Positions 50,426 through 61,650 of a DNA stretch of 64,000 nt are shown piece after piece. The number at the start of each line of letters is the position of its first letter. Positions within the stretch are counted from its first letter, which is position 1. Origin of the DNA: Squalus acanthias. Lineage: Eukaryota. The notes under the pieces were generated by a model. That model had not been told where the DNA came from, ran no database searches, and saw nothing but the letters and a program-made list of their open reading frames with translations. Location: positions 186,001-250,000 of the forward strand of contig JASTWF010000360.1 in assembly GCA_030390025.1 (NCBI GenBank), in the 5' to 3' direction. A program made the translations under genes and the position numbers.

Positions 50426-51336
50426 CCGTCATTCAATTACATCATGGCTGAGCCTTGATACCGTAAACCTTAATACCCTTGCCTAACAAAAATCTCTCAA
50501 TTTCAGTTTTGAAACTTTCAATGACCCCTCCAGTCTCAACAGCTTTTTGGGGGAAAGAGTTCCAGATTTCCACTACCCTTGTGTGAAGAAGGGCTTCCTG
50601 ACATCACCCCTGAACGGCCTGGCTCTAATTTTAAGGTTTTGCCCCCTTGTTCTGGACTCCCCCCCACCAGAGAAAATAGTTTCTCTCTATCTATCTACCC
50701 CATCAACTTGTTTAATCATCTTAATCATAGAATCATAGAAAGTTACAGCACGGAAGGAGGCCATTTCGGCCCATTGTGTCCGCGCCGGCCAACAAAGAGC
50801 TATCCAGCCTAATCCCACTTCCCAGCTCTTGGTCCGTAGCCCTGCAGGTTAGAGCATCCCAAGTGCACATCCAAGTACTTTTTAAACGATGTTAGGGTTC
50901 CTGCCTCTACCACCCTTTCAGGCAGTGAGTTCCAGACCCCCACAACCCTCTGGGTGAAGAAATTTCCCGTCAAATCCCCTCTAAACCTTCCACCAATTAT
51001 TTTGAATCTGTGGCCCCTGGTTTTTGACCCCTCTGCTAAGTGAATTAGGCCCTTTCTATCCACTTTATCTAGGCCCCTCATAATTTTATACACCTCAATA
51101 AGGTCTCCCCTCAGCTTCCTCTATTCCAAGGAAAACAGACCCAGCCTATCCAATCTTTCCTCATAGCTAAGATTCTCTACTCCCGGCAACATCCTTGTAA
51201 ATCTCCTCTGTACCCTCTCTAGTGCAATCACATCTTCCCTGTAATGTGGTGACCAGAACTGCACGCAGTACTCTAGCTGAGGCCTAACCAGTGTTTTATA
51301 CAGTTCAAGCATAAACCCCCTGCTCTTGTATTCTAT

Positions 51337-53922
51337 TGAGAGGTCGCACAACACCAGGTTATAGTCCAACAGTTTTATTTGAAATCACAAGCTTTCGGAG
51401 CTATCACTCCTTCCTCAGGTGAAGTAAATTGGATACAGAATCGCCAGAGCATATATAGATGGAAAAAAAAGCATGTGTACTTTACAATTGCAGACCAATA
51501 AATTAAATCATCCTGACTATCTGCCGAGGTGTGATAAAGTTAATTAAGTCAGCCAGGAAGGTACCACATCAAAAGACATAGCAAGATACAACTGAGACAA
51601 TGAGGTGTAGTCGCAGGGGTTCCAACGTGTCAAAAGCTGCCGTCTGTATGTAAAACGAAAAGCTTTAAAAAAAATTTACTTGGAGCCATCGTCATACAGA
51701 ACAGAACGGACTATTGTAAAGAAGCATACCGACAACTGGACAACCAGGAACACTACAGACAGCTACCCGCAGATCCGACCAAAGAACACACCCGCCAACT
51801 CAATAGACTGATCAAGACCTTCGATCCAGACCTTCAAAACATCCTACGCGCTCTCATCCCACGTACTCCCCGCGTGGGAGACTTCTACTGCCTCCCAAAG
51901 ATACACAAAGCCAACACACCCGGACGTCCTATCGTATCAGGCAATGGAACCCTGTGTGAGAACCTCTCTGGATACGTCGAGGGCATTCTGAAACCCATCG
52001 TACAGGGAACCCCCAGCTTCTGTCGCGACACTACAGACTTCTTACAGAAACTCAGCACCCACGGACCAGTTGAACCAGGAACACTCCTTGCCACGATGGA
52101 CGTATCGGCACTCTACACCAGTATCCCCCACGATGACGGCATCGCTGCAACAGCCTCAGTACTCAACATCAACAACAGCCAATCTCCAGACGCCATCCTA
52201 CAACTCATCCGCTTCATCCTTGACCACAATGTCTTCACCTTCGACAACCATTTTTTTACCCAAACACACGGAACAGCCATGGGGACCAAATTCGCACCCC
52301 AATACGCCAACATCTTCATGCACAAGTTCGAGCAAGACTTCTTCGCTGCACAGGACCTCCAGCCAACGCTGTACACCAGATACATCGACGACATTTTCTT
52401 CCTTTGGACCCATGGCGAAGGATCACTGAAAAGACTACACGATAACATAAACAAGTTCCATCCCACCATCAAACTCACCATGGACTACTCCTCAGAATCG
52501 GTCTCATTCCTGGACACACGAATCTCCATCAAAGACGGACACCTCAGCACTTCACTCTACCGCAAGCCCACGGACAACCTCACGATGCTCCACTTCTCCA
52601 GCTTCCACCCTAACCATGTTAAAGAAGCCATCCCCTATGGACAAGCCCTGCGAATACACAGGATCTGCTCAGACGAGGAGGAACGCGATGGACACCTACG
52701 GACGCTGAAAAACGCCCTCGTAAGAACGGGATATGACGCTCGACTCATCGATCGACAGTTCCGACGGGCCACAGCGAAAAATCGCATAGACCTCCTCAGA
52801 AGGCAAACACGGGACACAACCAACAGGGTACCCTACGTCGTCCAGTACTTCCCCGGAGCGGAGAAACTACGACATGTTCTTCGCAGCCTTCAACATGTCA
52901 TCGATGACGACAAACACCTCGCTAAGGCCATCCCCACGCCTCCACTACTTGCCTTCAAACAGCCGCCTAACCTCAGAAGTACCATCGTTCGCAGCAAATT
53001 ACCCAGCTTTCAGGATAACAGCGACCACGACACCACACAACCCTGCCATGGCAAACTCTGCAAGACATGCCAGATCATCAACACAGATACCACCATCACA
53101 CGTGAGGACACTACCCACCAGGTACATGGTACATACTCATGTGACTCGGCCAACGTTGTCTACCTCATACGTTGCAGGAAAGAATGCACCGCGGCATGGT
53201 ACATCGGCGAGACCATGCAGACACTGAGACAACGTATGAACGAGCACCGCGCAACAATCGCCAGGCAGGATTGTTACCTCCCAGTCGGGGAACACTTCAG
53301 CAGTCAAGGACATTCAGCCTCGGATCTGCGGGTAAGCGTTCTCCAAGGCAACCTTAGAAACACACGACAACGCAAAATCATCGAGCAGAAACTGATAGCC
53401 AAGTTCCGCACTCATGAAGACGGTCTCAATCGGGATCTTGGGTTTATGTCACGATACATGACGTGATCCGGACTCGAGTCGTCGTTAGCTTGTTCACAGA
53501 TGTGATTCCCAGTAAAAAAGTAAAAATTTTCCCAGTAAAAAAGTAAATTTTTTTTAAAGCTTTTCGTTTTACATACAGACGGCAGCTTTTGACACGTTGG
53601 AACCCCTGCGACTACACCTCATTGTCTCAGTTGTATCTTGCTATGTCTTTTGATGTGGTACCTTCCTGGCTGACTTAATTAACTTTATCACACCTCGGCA
53701 GATAGTCAGGATGATTTAATTTATTGGTCTGCAATTGTAAAGTACACATGCTTTTTTTTCCATCTATATATGCTCTGGCGATTCTGTATCCAATTTACTT
53801 CACCTGAGGAAGGAGTGATAGCTCCGAAAGCTTGTGATTTCAAATAAAACTGTTGGACTATAACCTGGTGTTGTGCGACCTCTCAATTTTGTCCACCCCA
53901 GTCCAACACCGGCATCTCCGCA
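51337..53922 (+). mobile_element. Penelope element, 5'-truncated, with about 345-bp inverted arms
   Basis: 13-bp TSD TCTTGTATTCTAT; 51337-51681 is inverted relative to 53541-53885; hammerheads at 53800-53836 (+) and 51385-51422 (-). Confidence 0.96.
51874..53466 (+). CDS. Penelope RT plus GIY-YIG endonuclease (N-truncated, uninterrupted)
   Basis: FYCLPKIHK, GRPIVS, MDVSALYTSIP, GTAMG, RYIDD, FLD, VVYLIRC..WYIGET. Confidence 0.93.
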   Translation: MGDFYCLPKIHKANTPGRPIVSGNGTLCENLSGYVEGILKPIVQGTPSFCRDTTDFLQKLSTHGPVEPGTLLATMDVSALYTSIPHDDGIAATASVLNINNSQSPDAILQLIRFILDHNVFTFDNHFFTQTHGTAMGTKFAPQYANIFMHKFEQDFFAAQDLQPTLYTRYIDDIFFLWTHGEGSLKRLHDNINKFHPTIKLTMDYSSESVSFLDTRISIKDGHLSTSLYRKPTDNLTMLHFSSFHPNHVKEAIPYGQALRIHRICSDEEERDGHLRTLKNALVRTGYDARLIDRQFRRATAKNRIDLLRRQTRDTTNRVPYVVQYFPGAEKLRHVLRSLQHVIDDDKHLAKAIPTPPLLAFKQPPNLRSTIVRSKLPSFQDNSDHDTTQPCHGKLCKTCQIINTDTTITREDTTHQVHGTYSCDSANVVYLIRCRKECTAAWYIGETMQTLRQRMNEHRATIARQDCYLPVGEHFSSQGHSASDLRVSVLQGNLRNTRQRKIIEQKLIAKFRTHEDGLNRDLGFMSRYMT

Positions 53923-54318
53923 TCTTGTATTCTATGCCATGGCTAATAAAGGCAAGCATTCCGTATGCCTTCTTAACCACCTTATCTACCTGGCCTGCTA
54001 CCTTCAGGGATCTGTGGACATGCACTCCAAGGTCCCTTTGTTCCTCTACACTACCTAGTGTCCTACCATTTAATGTGTATTCCCTTTCCTTGTTAGCCCT
54101 CCCCAAATGCATTACCTCACACTTCTCCGGATTGAATTCCATTTGTCACTGTTCTGCCCACCTGACCAGTCCACTGATATCTTCCTGCAGTCGACAGCTT
54201 CCTTCTTCAGTATCAACCACACAGCGAGATTTTAGTATCATCTGCAAATTTCTTCATACCCCCTATATTCAAGTCTTAAACACCTTGATTAGATCAACCC
54301 TTACTCTTCTAAACTATA

Positions 54319-57300
54319 AATGTGAGAAGTCGCACACAACACCAGGTTATAGTCCAACAGTTTTATTTGAAATCACAAGCTTTTGGAGCGCTGCTCCTTC
54401 GTCAGGTGAAGTGAAGAGATACATATAGGCACAGCATATATAGTCAGAGAACACAGCCAGGTGATTACAGTTAATCTTTCCAACTGCCCTTTATCACACT
54501 GCGGCAGAAAGATAATCACGGCAATCAAAGGTGTGGATGGTGCCCAAACAGGTCAGTCAGGAAAACATTACATCAAAGACAATGAGGTGGGGTCACAAGG
54601 GGTCAATTGTGGCAGATGCTGGGGTCTGTATGGAAAACAAAAAACTTTTTTTGCTGGAAATCACAGCAGGTCCGGCCGCATCTGTGTAGAGAGAACAAGC
54701 CAACGACGACTCGAGTCTGGATGACTCTACGTCAGGTGGGGTTACATGTAGCGTGACATGAACCCAAGATCCCGGTTGAGGCCGTCCTCATGGGTGCGAT
54801 ACTTGGCTATCAGTTTCTGCTCGACGATTTTGCGTTGTCGTGTGTCTCGAAGGCCGCCTTGGAGAACGCTAACCCGAAGATCGGAGGTTGAATGTCCTTG
54901 ACTGCTGAAGTGTTCCCCGACTGGGAGGGAACACTCCTGCCTGGCAATTGTTGTGCGGTGTCCGTTCATACGTTGTCGCAGTGTCTGCATGGTCTCGCCG
55001 ATGTACCATGCTCCGGGGCATCCTTTCCTGCAACGTATGAGGTAGACAACGTTGGCCGAGTCACATGAGTATGTACCATGTACCTGGTGGGTCGTGTCCT
55101 CACGTGTGATGATGGTGTCTGTGTTGATGATCTGGCATGTCTTGCAGAGGTTGCTGTGGCAGGGTTGTGTGGTGTCGTGGTCGCTGTTACCCTGAAAGCT
55201 GGGTAATTTGCTGTGAACGATGGTCTGTTTGAGGTTAGGCGGCTGTTTGAAGGCGAGTAGTGGAGGCGTGGGGATGGCCTTAGCGATGTGTTCGTCGTCA
55301 TCGATGACACGTAGTTTCTCCGCTCCGGGGAAGTACTGGACGACGTAGGGTACTCTGTTGGTTGTGTCCCGTGTTCGTCTTCTGAGGAGGTCTATGCGAT
55401 TTTTCGCTGTGGCCCGTCGGAACTGTCGATCGACAAGTCGAGCGTCATATCCCGTTCTTACGAGGGCGTCTTTCAGCGTCTGTAGGTGTCCATCGTGTTC
55501 CTCCTCGTCTGAGCAGATCCTATGTATTCGCAGGGCTTGTCCATAGGGGATGGCTTCTTTAACGTGGTTAGGGTGGAAGCTGGAGAAGTGGAGCATCGTG
55601 AGGTTGTCCGTGGGCTTGCGGTAGAGTGAAGTGCTGAGGTGTCCGTCTTTGATGGAGATTCGTGTGTCCAAGAATGAAACCGATTCTGAGGAGTAGTCCA
55701 TGGTGAGTTTGATGGTGGGATGGAACTTGTTGATGTTATCGTGACCAAAGAACACACCCGCCAACTCAATAGACTGATCAAGATCTTCGATCCAGACCTT
55801 CATAGCATCCTACGCGCTCTCATCCCATGTACTCCCCGCGTGGGAGACTTCTACCGCCTCCCGAAGATACACAAAGCCAACACACCCGGACGTGCTATCA
55901 TATCAGGCAACGGAACTCTGTGTGAGAACCTCTCTGAATACGTCGAGGGCATCCTGAAACCCATCGTACAGGGCACCCCCAGCTTCTGTCGCGACACTAC
56001 AGCCTTCTTACAGAAACTCAGCACCCACGGACCAGTTGAACCAGGAAGACTCCTCGCCACGATGGACATCTCGGCACTCTACACCAGTATCCCCCACGAT
56101 GACGGCATCGCTGCGACAGCCTCAGTACTCAACACCAACAACAGCCAATCTCCAGATGCCATCCTACAACTCATCCGCTTCATCCTTGACCACAATGTCT
56201 TCACCTTCGACAACCAGTTTTTTACCCAAACACACGGAACAGCCATGGGGACCAAATTCGCACCCAATACGCCAACATCTTCATGCACAAGTTCGAGCAA
56301 GACTTCTTTGCTGCACAGGACCTCCAACCAACGCTATACACCAGATACATCGGCGACATTTTCTTCCTATGGACCCACGGCAAAGGATCACTGAAAAGAC
56401 TACACGATAACATCAACAAGTTCCATCCCACCATCAAACTCACCATGGACTACTCCTCAGAATCGGTTTCATTCTTGGACACACGAATCTCCATCAAAGA
56501 CGGACACCTCAGCACTTCACTCTACCGCAAGCCCACAGACAACCTCACGATGCTCCACTTCTCCATCTTTCAGCCTAACCACGTTAAAGAAGCCATCCCC
56601 TATGGACAAGCCCTGCGAATACACAGGATCTGCTCAGACGAGGAGGAACGCAATGGACACCTACAGACGCTGAAAGATGCCCTCGTAAGAACGGGATATG
56701 ACGCTCGACTTGTCGATCGACAGTTCCGACGGGCCACAGCAAAAAATCGCATAGACCTCCTCAGAAGACGAACACGGGACACAACCAACAGGGTACCCTG
56801 CGTCGTCCAGTACTTCCCCGGAGCAGAGAAACTCCGCCATGTTCTTCGCAGCCTTCAACATGTCATCGATGACGACGAACACCTCGCTAAGGCCATCCCC
56901 ACGCCTCCACTACTCGCCTTTGAAACAGCCGCCTAACCTCAAACAGACCATCGTTCACAGCAAATTACCCAGCTTTCAGGAGAACAGCGACCACGACACC
57001 ACACAACCCTGCCACAGCAACCTCTGCAAGACATGCCAGATCATCAACACAGATACCATCATCACACGTGAGGACACTACCCACCAGGTACATGGTACAT
57101 ACTCATGTGACTCGGCCAACGTTGTCTACCTCATACGTTGCAGGAAAGGATGCCCCGGAGCATGGTACATCGGCGAGACCATGCAGACACTGCGACAACG
57201 TATGAACGGACACCGCACAACAATCGCCAGGCAGGAGTGTTCCCTCCCAGTCGGGGAACACTTCAGCAGTCAAGGACATTCAACCTCCGATCTTCGGGTA

Positions 57301-57869
57301 AGCGTTCTCCAAGGCGGCCTTCGAGACACACGACAACGCAAAATGGTCGAGCAGAAACTGATAGCTAAGTTCAGCACCCATGAGGACGGCCTCAACCGGG
57401 ATCTTGGGTTCATGTCGCGCTACATGTAACCCCACCTGACGTAGAGTCATCCAGACTCGAGTCGTCGTTGGCTTGTTCTCTCTACACAGATGCGGCCGGA
57501 CCTGCTGTGATTTCCAGCAAAACAAGTTTTTTGTTTTCCATACAGACCCCAGCATCCGCCACATTTGACCCCTTGTGACCCCAGCTCATTGTCTTTGATG
57601 TAATGTTTTCCTGACTGACCTGTTTGGGCACCATCCACACCTTTGATTGCCGTGATTATCTTTCTGCCGCAGTGTGATAAAGGGCAGTTAGAAAGATTAA
57701 ATGTAGTCACCTGGCAGTGTTCTCTGACTATATATGCTGTGCCTATATGCATCTCTTCACTTCACCTCCGAAAGCTTGTGATTTCAAATAAAACTGTTGG
57801 ACTATAACCTGGTATTGTGCGACTTCTCACATTTGTCCACCCCAGTCCAACACCGGCATCTCCACATCA
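54319..57869. mobile_element. Penelope element with a 1.4-kb inverted duplication
   Basis: 54319-55741 (minus) mirrors about 56405-57833 (plus); 12-bp TSD TTCTAAACTATA. Confidence 0.95.
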
Positions 57870-58314
57870 TTCTAAACTATAGGTACCTTTTTGATCAGGA
57901 AAAGTGATCCTATTAAACAGTAAATCAGGAGCTGCCAAGTGGCCCCAGCCAGTGTAGCACTATTACCATACGGACCAGAATGTCCCAGGTTCTATTGTCT
58001 GTCTGAGCTAATCTCACTTTAGGCTGTGGTGGAGCCACTGCAATTAGTTTCAGTACCTCTGGGCTAGGGAATGGAGGAAAAAAATACTACACAGAATTTA
58101 CAGCACAGAAACAGGTCATTGGGCCCAACTGGTCCATCCCGGTGTTTATGTACCACATGAGCCTCCTCCCACCCTACTTCATCTCACCCTGTCACAGTAG
58201 ATCCTTCAATTCCTTTCCCCCTCATGTGCTGATCTAGATCCCCGTGAAATGCAGCAGTGGCTGGGGTGCCAAATGAGTACTTTGCATCTGTCTTCACCAA
58301 ACATCACAGTAAAT

Positions 58315-59215
58315 AACATAAGAACAAAAGAAATAGGAGCAGGAGTCGGCCATTCGGCCCTTCGAGCCTGCTCCGCCACTCAATAAAATCATGGCTGGTC
58401 TTCGACCTCAACTCCACTTTCCCGCCCGATCCCCATATCCCTTGATTTGCCTGAAGTCCAAAAATCTATTGACGCAGCCCCCCCTGCTCTTATATTCTAT
58501 GCCTTGGCTAATAAAGGCAAGTATCCCATATGCCTTCTTAACCACCTTATCTACCTGTCCTGCTACCTTCAGGGATCTGTGGACATGCACACCAAGGTCC
58601 CTCTGATCTTCTGCACTTCTCAGTGTCCTACCATAGATAGTGTATTCCCTTGCCTTGTTAGCCCTCCCCAAATGCATTACCTCACACTTCTCCGGATTGA
58701 ATTCCATTTGCCATTGTTCTGCCCATCTGACCAGTCCATTGATATCTTCCTGCAGTCTGCAGTTTTCTTCTTCATTATCAACCACACGGCCAATTTTTGT
58801 ATCCTCTGCAAATTTCTTAATCATACTTCCCACATTCAAGTCCAAATCATTGATATATACCACAAAAGCAAAGGACCCAGTACTGAGCCCTGCGGAACCC
58901 CACTGGAAATAGCCTTCCAGTCACAAAAACACCCTTCGACCATTACCATTTCCTGCCTCTGAGCTAATTTTGGATCCAACTTGCCACTTTGCCTTGGATC
59001 CCGTGGGCTTTTACTTTCTTAACCAGTCTGCCATGGGGAACTTGTCAAAAGCCTTGCTACGGTCTGTTTGATTAACTTGATTGAGTTCTTTGATGAAGTA
59101 ATGGAGAGGGTTGATGAGCATAGTGCGGTTGATGTTGTGTATAAGGACTTTCAAAAGGCATTTGATAAAGTACCGCATATTCAACTTGGTCGCAAAATTG
59201 AACCCCATGGGATTT
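58315..59215. mobile_element. CR1 fragments, minus strand, with an inverted 5' piece at 59065-59215
   Basis: ORFs 58408-58863 (minus) and 59068-59328 (plus, DFQKAFDKVPH). Confidence 0.85.
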
Positions 59216-59224
59216 TTAAAAAAA

Positions 59225-60070
59225 ATCACTTATGGGATGTGGGCGTCGCTGACAAGGCCAACATTTATTGCCCATCCCTAATTGCCCTTGAGAAGGTGGT
59301 GGTGAGCCGCCTTCTTGAACCACTGTAGTCCGTGTGGTGAAGGTAATCCCACAGTGCTATTAGGTAGGGAGTTCCAGGATTTTGACCCAGCGACGATGAA
59401 GGATCGGCGATATACTTCTAAGTCAGGATGGTGTGTGACTTGGAGGGGAACTTGAAGGTGATGGTGTTCCCATGCACCTGCTGCCCTTGACCTTCTAAAT
59501 GGAAGAGGTCGCGGGTTTGGGAGGTGCTGCCGAAGAAGCCTTGGCGAGTTGCTGCAGTGCATCTTGTAGATGGTACACAATGCAGCCACGGTACGCCGGT
59601 GGTGGAGGGAGTGATTGTTTAAGATGGTGGATGGGGTGCCAATCAAATGGCCTGCTTTCTCCTGGCTGGTGTCGAGTTTCTTGAGTGTTGTTGCAACTGC
59701 AACTCATCCAGGCAAGTGGAGAGTATTCCATCACACTCCTTACTTGTGCCTTGTAGATGGTGGAAAGGCTTTGGGGAATCAGGAGGTGAGACACTCGCCG
59801 CAGAATACCCAGCCTCTGACCTGCTCTTGTTGCCACAGTGTTTATGTGGCTGGTCCAGTAAAGTTTCTGGTCAATGGTGACCCCCAGAATGTTGACAGTG
59901 GTGGATTCGGCGATGGTAATGCCATTGAATGTCAAGGGGAGGTGGTTAGACTCTCGCTTGCTGGAGATAGTCATTGCCTGGCACTTCCATGGCGCGAATG
60001 TTACCTGCCACTTATCAGCCCAAGCCTGAACGTCGTCCAGATCTTGTTGCATGCGGGCATAGACTGCTTC
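59225..60070 (-). mobile_element. Second LINE family, 3' portion
   Basis: MQQDLDDVQAWADKWQVTF...YKAQVRSVMEY. Confidence 0.9.
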
Positions 60071-60702
60071 ATTTTTTTTTTGCAGAGGCTGTTGTCGGGA
60101 GCGGAGAGAGCAGCAGCACAGTGAGTATTTAAACTCACTTTCGCGGGCTTTTTTTGCAGAGGCCAGTGTCGGGAGCGGAGAGAGCAGCAGCACAGTGAGT
60201 ATTTAAACTCACTTTCGCGGGCTTTTTTTGCAGAGACTGTTGTCGGGAGAGACGAGACCGGAAGCGGACCAGGTGGGAAGCACCCAGGTGAACAGCATTT
60301 AAGAAGGGTGGTGGCTTAAACCCGAGTTCCTACAGAGTAGGAACCCCCACCCGCCCTCCTCCTCTAACCTACTAGTCTTTTAGCAGTCTAAAAACAGAGG
60401 TCACAAATTTTTTGGTCTCAGTTTCTTTTCAGCAGGGCAGGAACCGGGAGGAGCGGGAAGTCGGCGTAGGACCAAGGGGATACAAGACCGGGAAGTCAGC
60501 GAAAGACCAGGGAGGTAAGACTAACTGGTACGTACTTTCCTCAAACCTTCCTAGAAAGTAAAACTAAAACTAGTGGGATTTGGTTAGTTTAAAAAGGAAT
60601 AAGAGGAGTACAGTATACATTGGTCTAAGTAAGCTTCGGGAAAACAAAAGTCAATAAATAAACTAAAACTAGAAAATTAAAAAGTAATATAAGGGTTAAG
60701 TC

Positions 60703-61650
60703 ATGGCAGTAGAGCTCGGACCTGTGTCATGCTCCTCCTGTAACATGTGGGAAATCAGGGACGCTTCCTGTGTCCCTGACAACCATGTGTGCGGGAAGTG
60801 TGTCCAGCTGCAGCTCATGTGGGACCGCATGACGGCCCTTGAGCTGCGGATGGACTCACTTTGGAGCATCCACGATTCTGAGAGGGTTGTGGATAGCACA
60901 TTTAGTGAGTTGGTCACACCGCAGGTTAAGGCCAGCGTAGATAGTACATGGGTGACCAAAAGGCAGAGCAAGGGCAGGAAGGTAGTGCAGAAATCCCCTG
61001 GGGTTGTCTCCCTTAGCAACAGGTTCACCGCCTTAGGTGCTGTTGTCAGGGGGGATGACTCATCGGGGGAAGGCACCAGCAGCCAGGCTCATGGCACCAT
61101 GACTGGCTCTGTTGCAAAGAAGGGAGGGAAAAAGAGTGGCAGGGCTATAGTAATAGGGGATTCGATTGTAAGGGGAATAGATAGGGGTTTCTGTGGTCGC
61201 GACCGAGACTCCAGGATGGTATGTTGCCTCCCTGGTGCAAGGGTCAAGGATGTCTCGGCGCGGGTGCAGAACATTCTGGAGGGGGAGGGGGAACAGCCAG
61301 TTGTCGTGATACATGTTGGTACCAACGACGTAGCTAAAAAAAGGGAGGAGGTCCTACAAGTAGAATTTAGGGAGTTAGGAGCCAAGCTAAAAAGTAGGAC
61401 CTCGAAGGTAGTAATCTCTGGATTACTACCAGTGCCACGTGCTAGTAAGAGTACAGAGAACAGGATAGTTAGGCTAAATACGTGGCTTGAGCAGTGGTGT
61501 AAGAGGGAGGGTTTTAAATTTTTGAGGCATTGGAACCAGTTTTGTGGTAGGTGTGACCTATACAAAAGGGACGGTCTACACCTGTGCAAAGATGGAACTG
61601 ATGTTCTCGGGGTAATTTTTGATAAAGCAGTTCGGGAGCATTTAAACTAG
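60703..61650 (+). CDS. CR1 ORF1p: zinc finger, leucine zipper, SGNH esterase
   Basis: CSSC..CGKC, heptad leucines, IGDS, PGA, VGTND, DGLH. Confidence 0.95.
   Translation: MAVELGPVSCSSCNMWEIRDASCVPDNHVCGKCVQLQLMWDRMTALELRMDSLWSIHDSERVVDSTFSELVTPQVKASVDSTWVTKRQSKGRKVVQKSPGVVSLSNRFTALGAVVRGDDSSGEGTSSQAHGTMTGSVAKKGGKKSGRAIVIGDSIVRGIDRGFCGRDRDSRMVCCLPGARVKDVSARVQNILEGEGEQPVVVIHVGTNDVAKKREEVLQVEFRELGAKLKSRTSKVVISGLLPVPRASKSTENRIVRLNTWLEQWCKREGFKFLRHWNQFCGRCDLYKRDGLHLCKDGTDVLGVIFDKAVREHLN

Larger units (their letters stand above)
50725..54275 (-). mobile_element. CR1 3' portion split by a Penelope element
   Basis: ORF fragments 50809-51093, 51121-51369 and 53858-54142. Confidence 0.9.

Noticed and set aside
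49342..50486. Repetitive ORFs (QEQEEAIQPLEP, HSAPRACY, LRR-like LEGLNGLLL)
   Set aside because: Products of a 42-bp array that is open in several frames.
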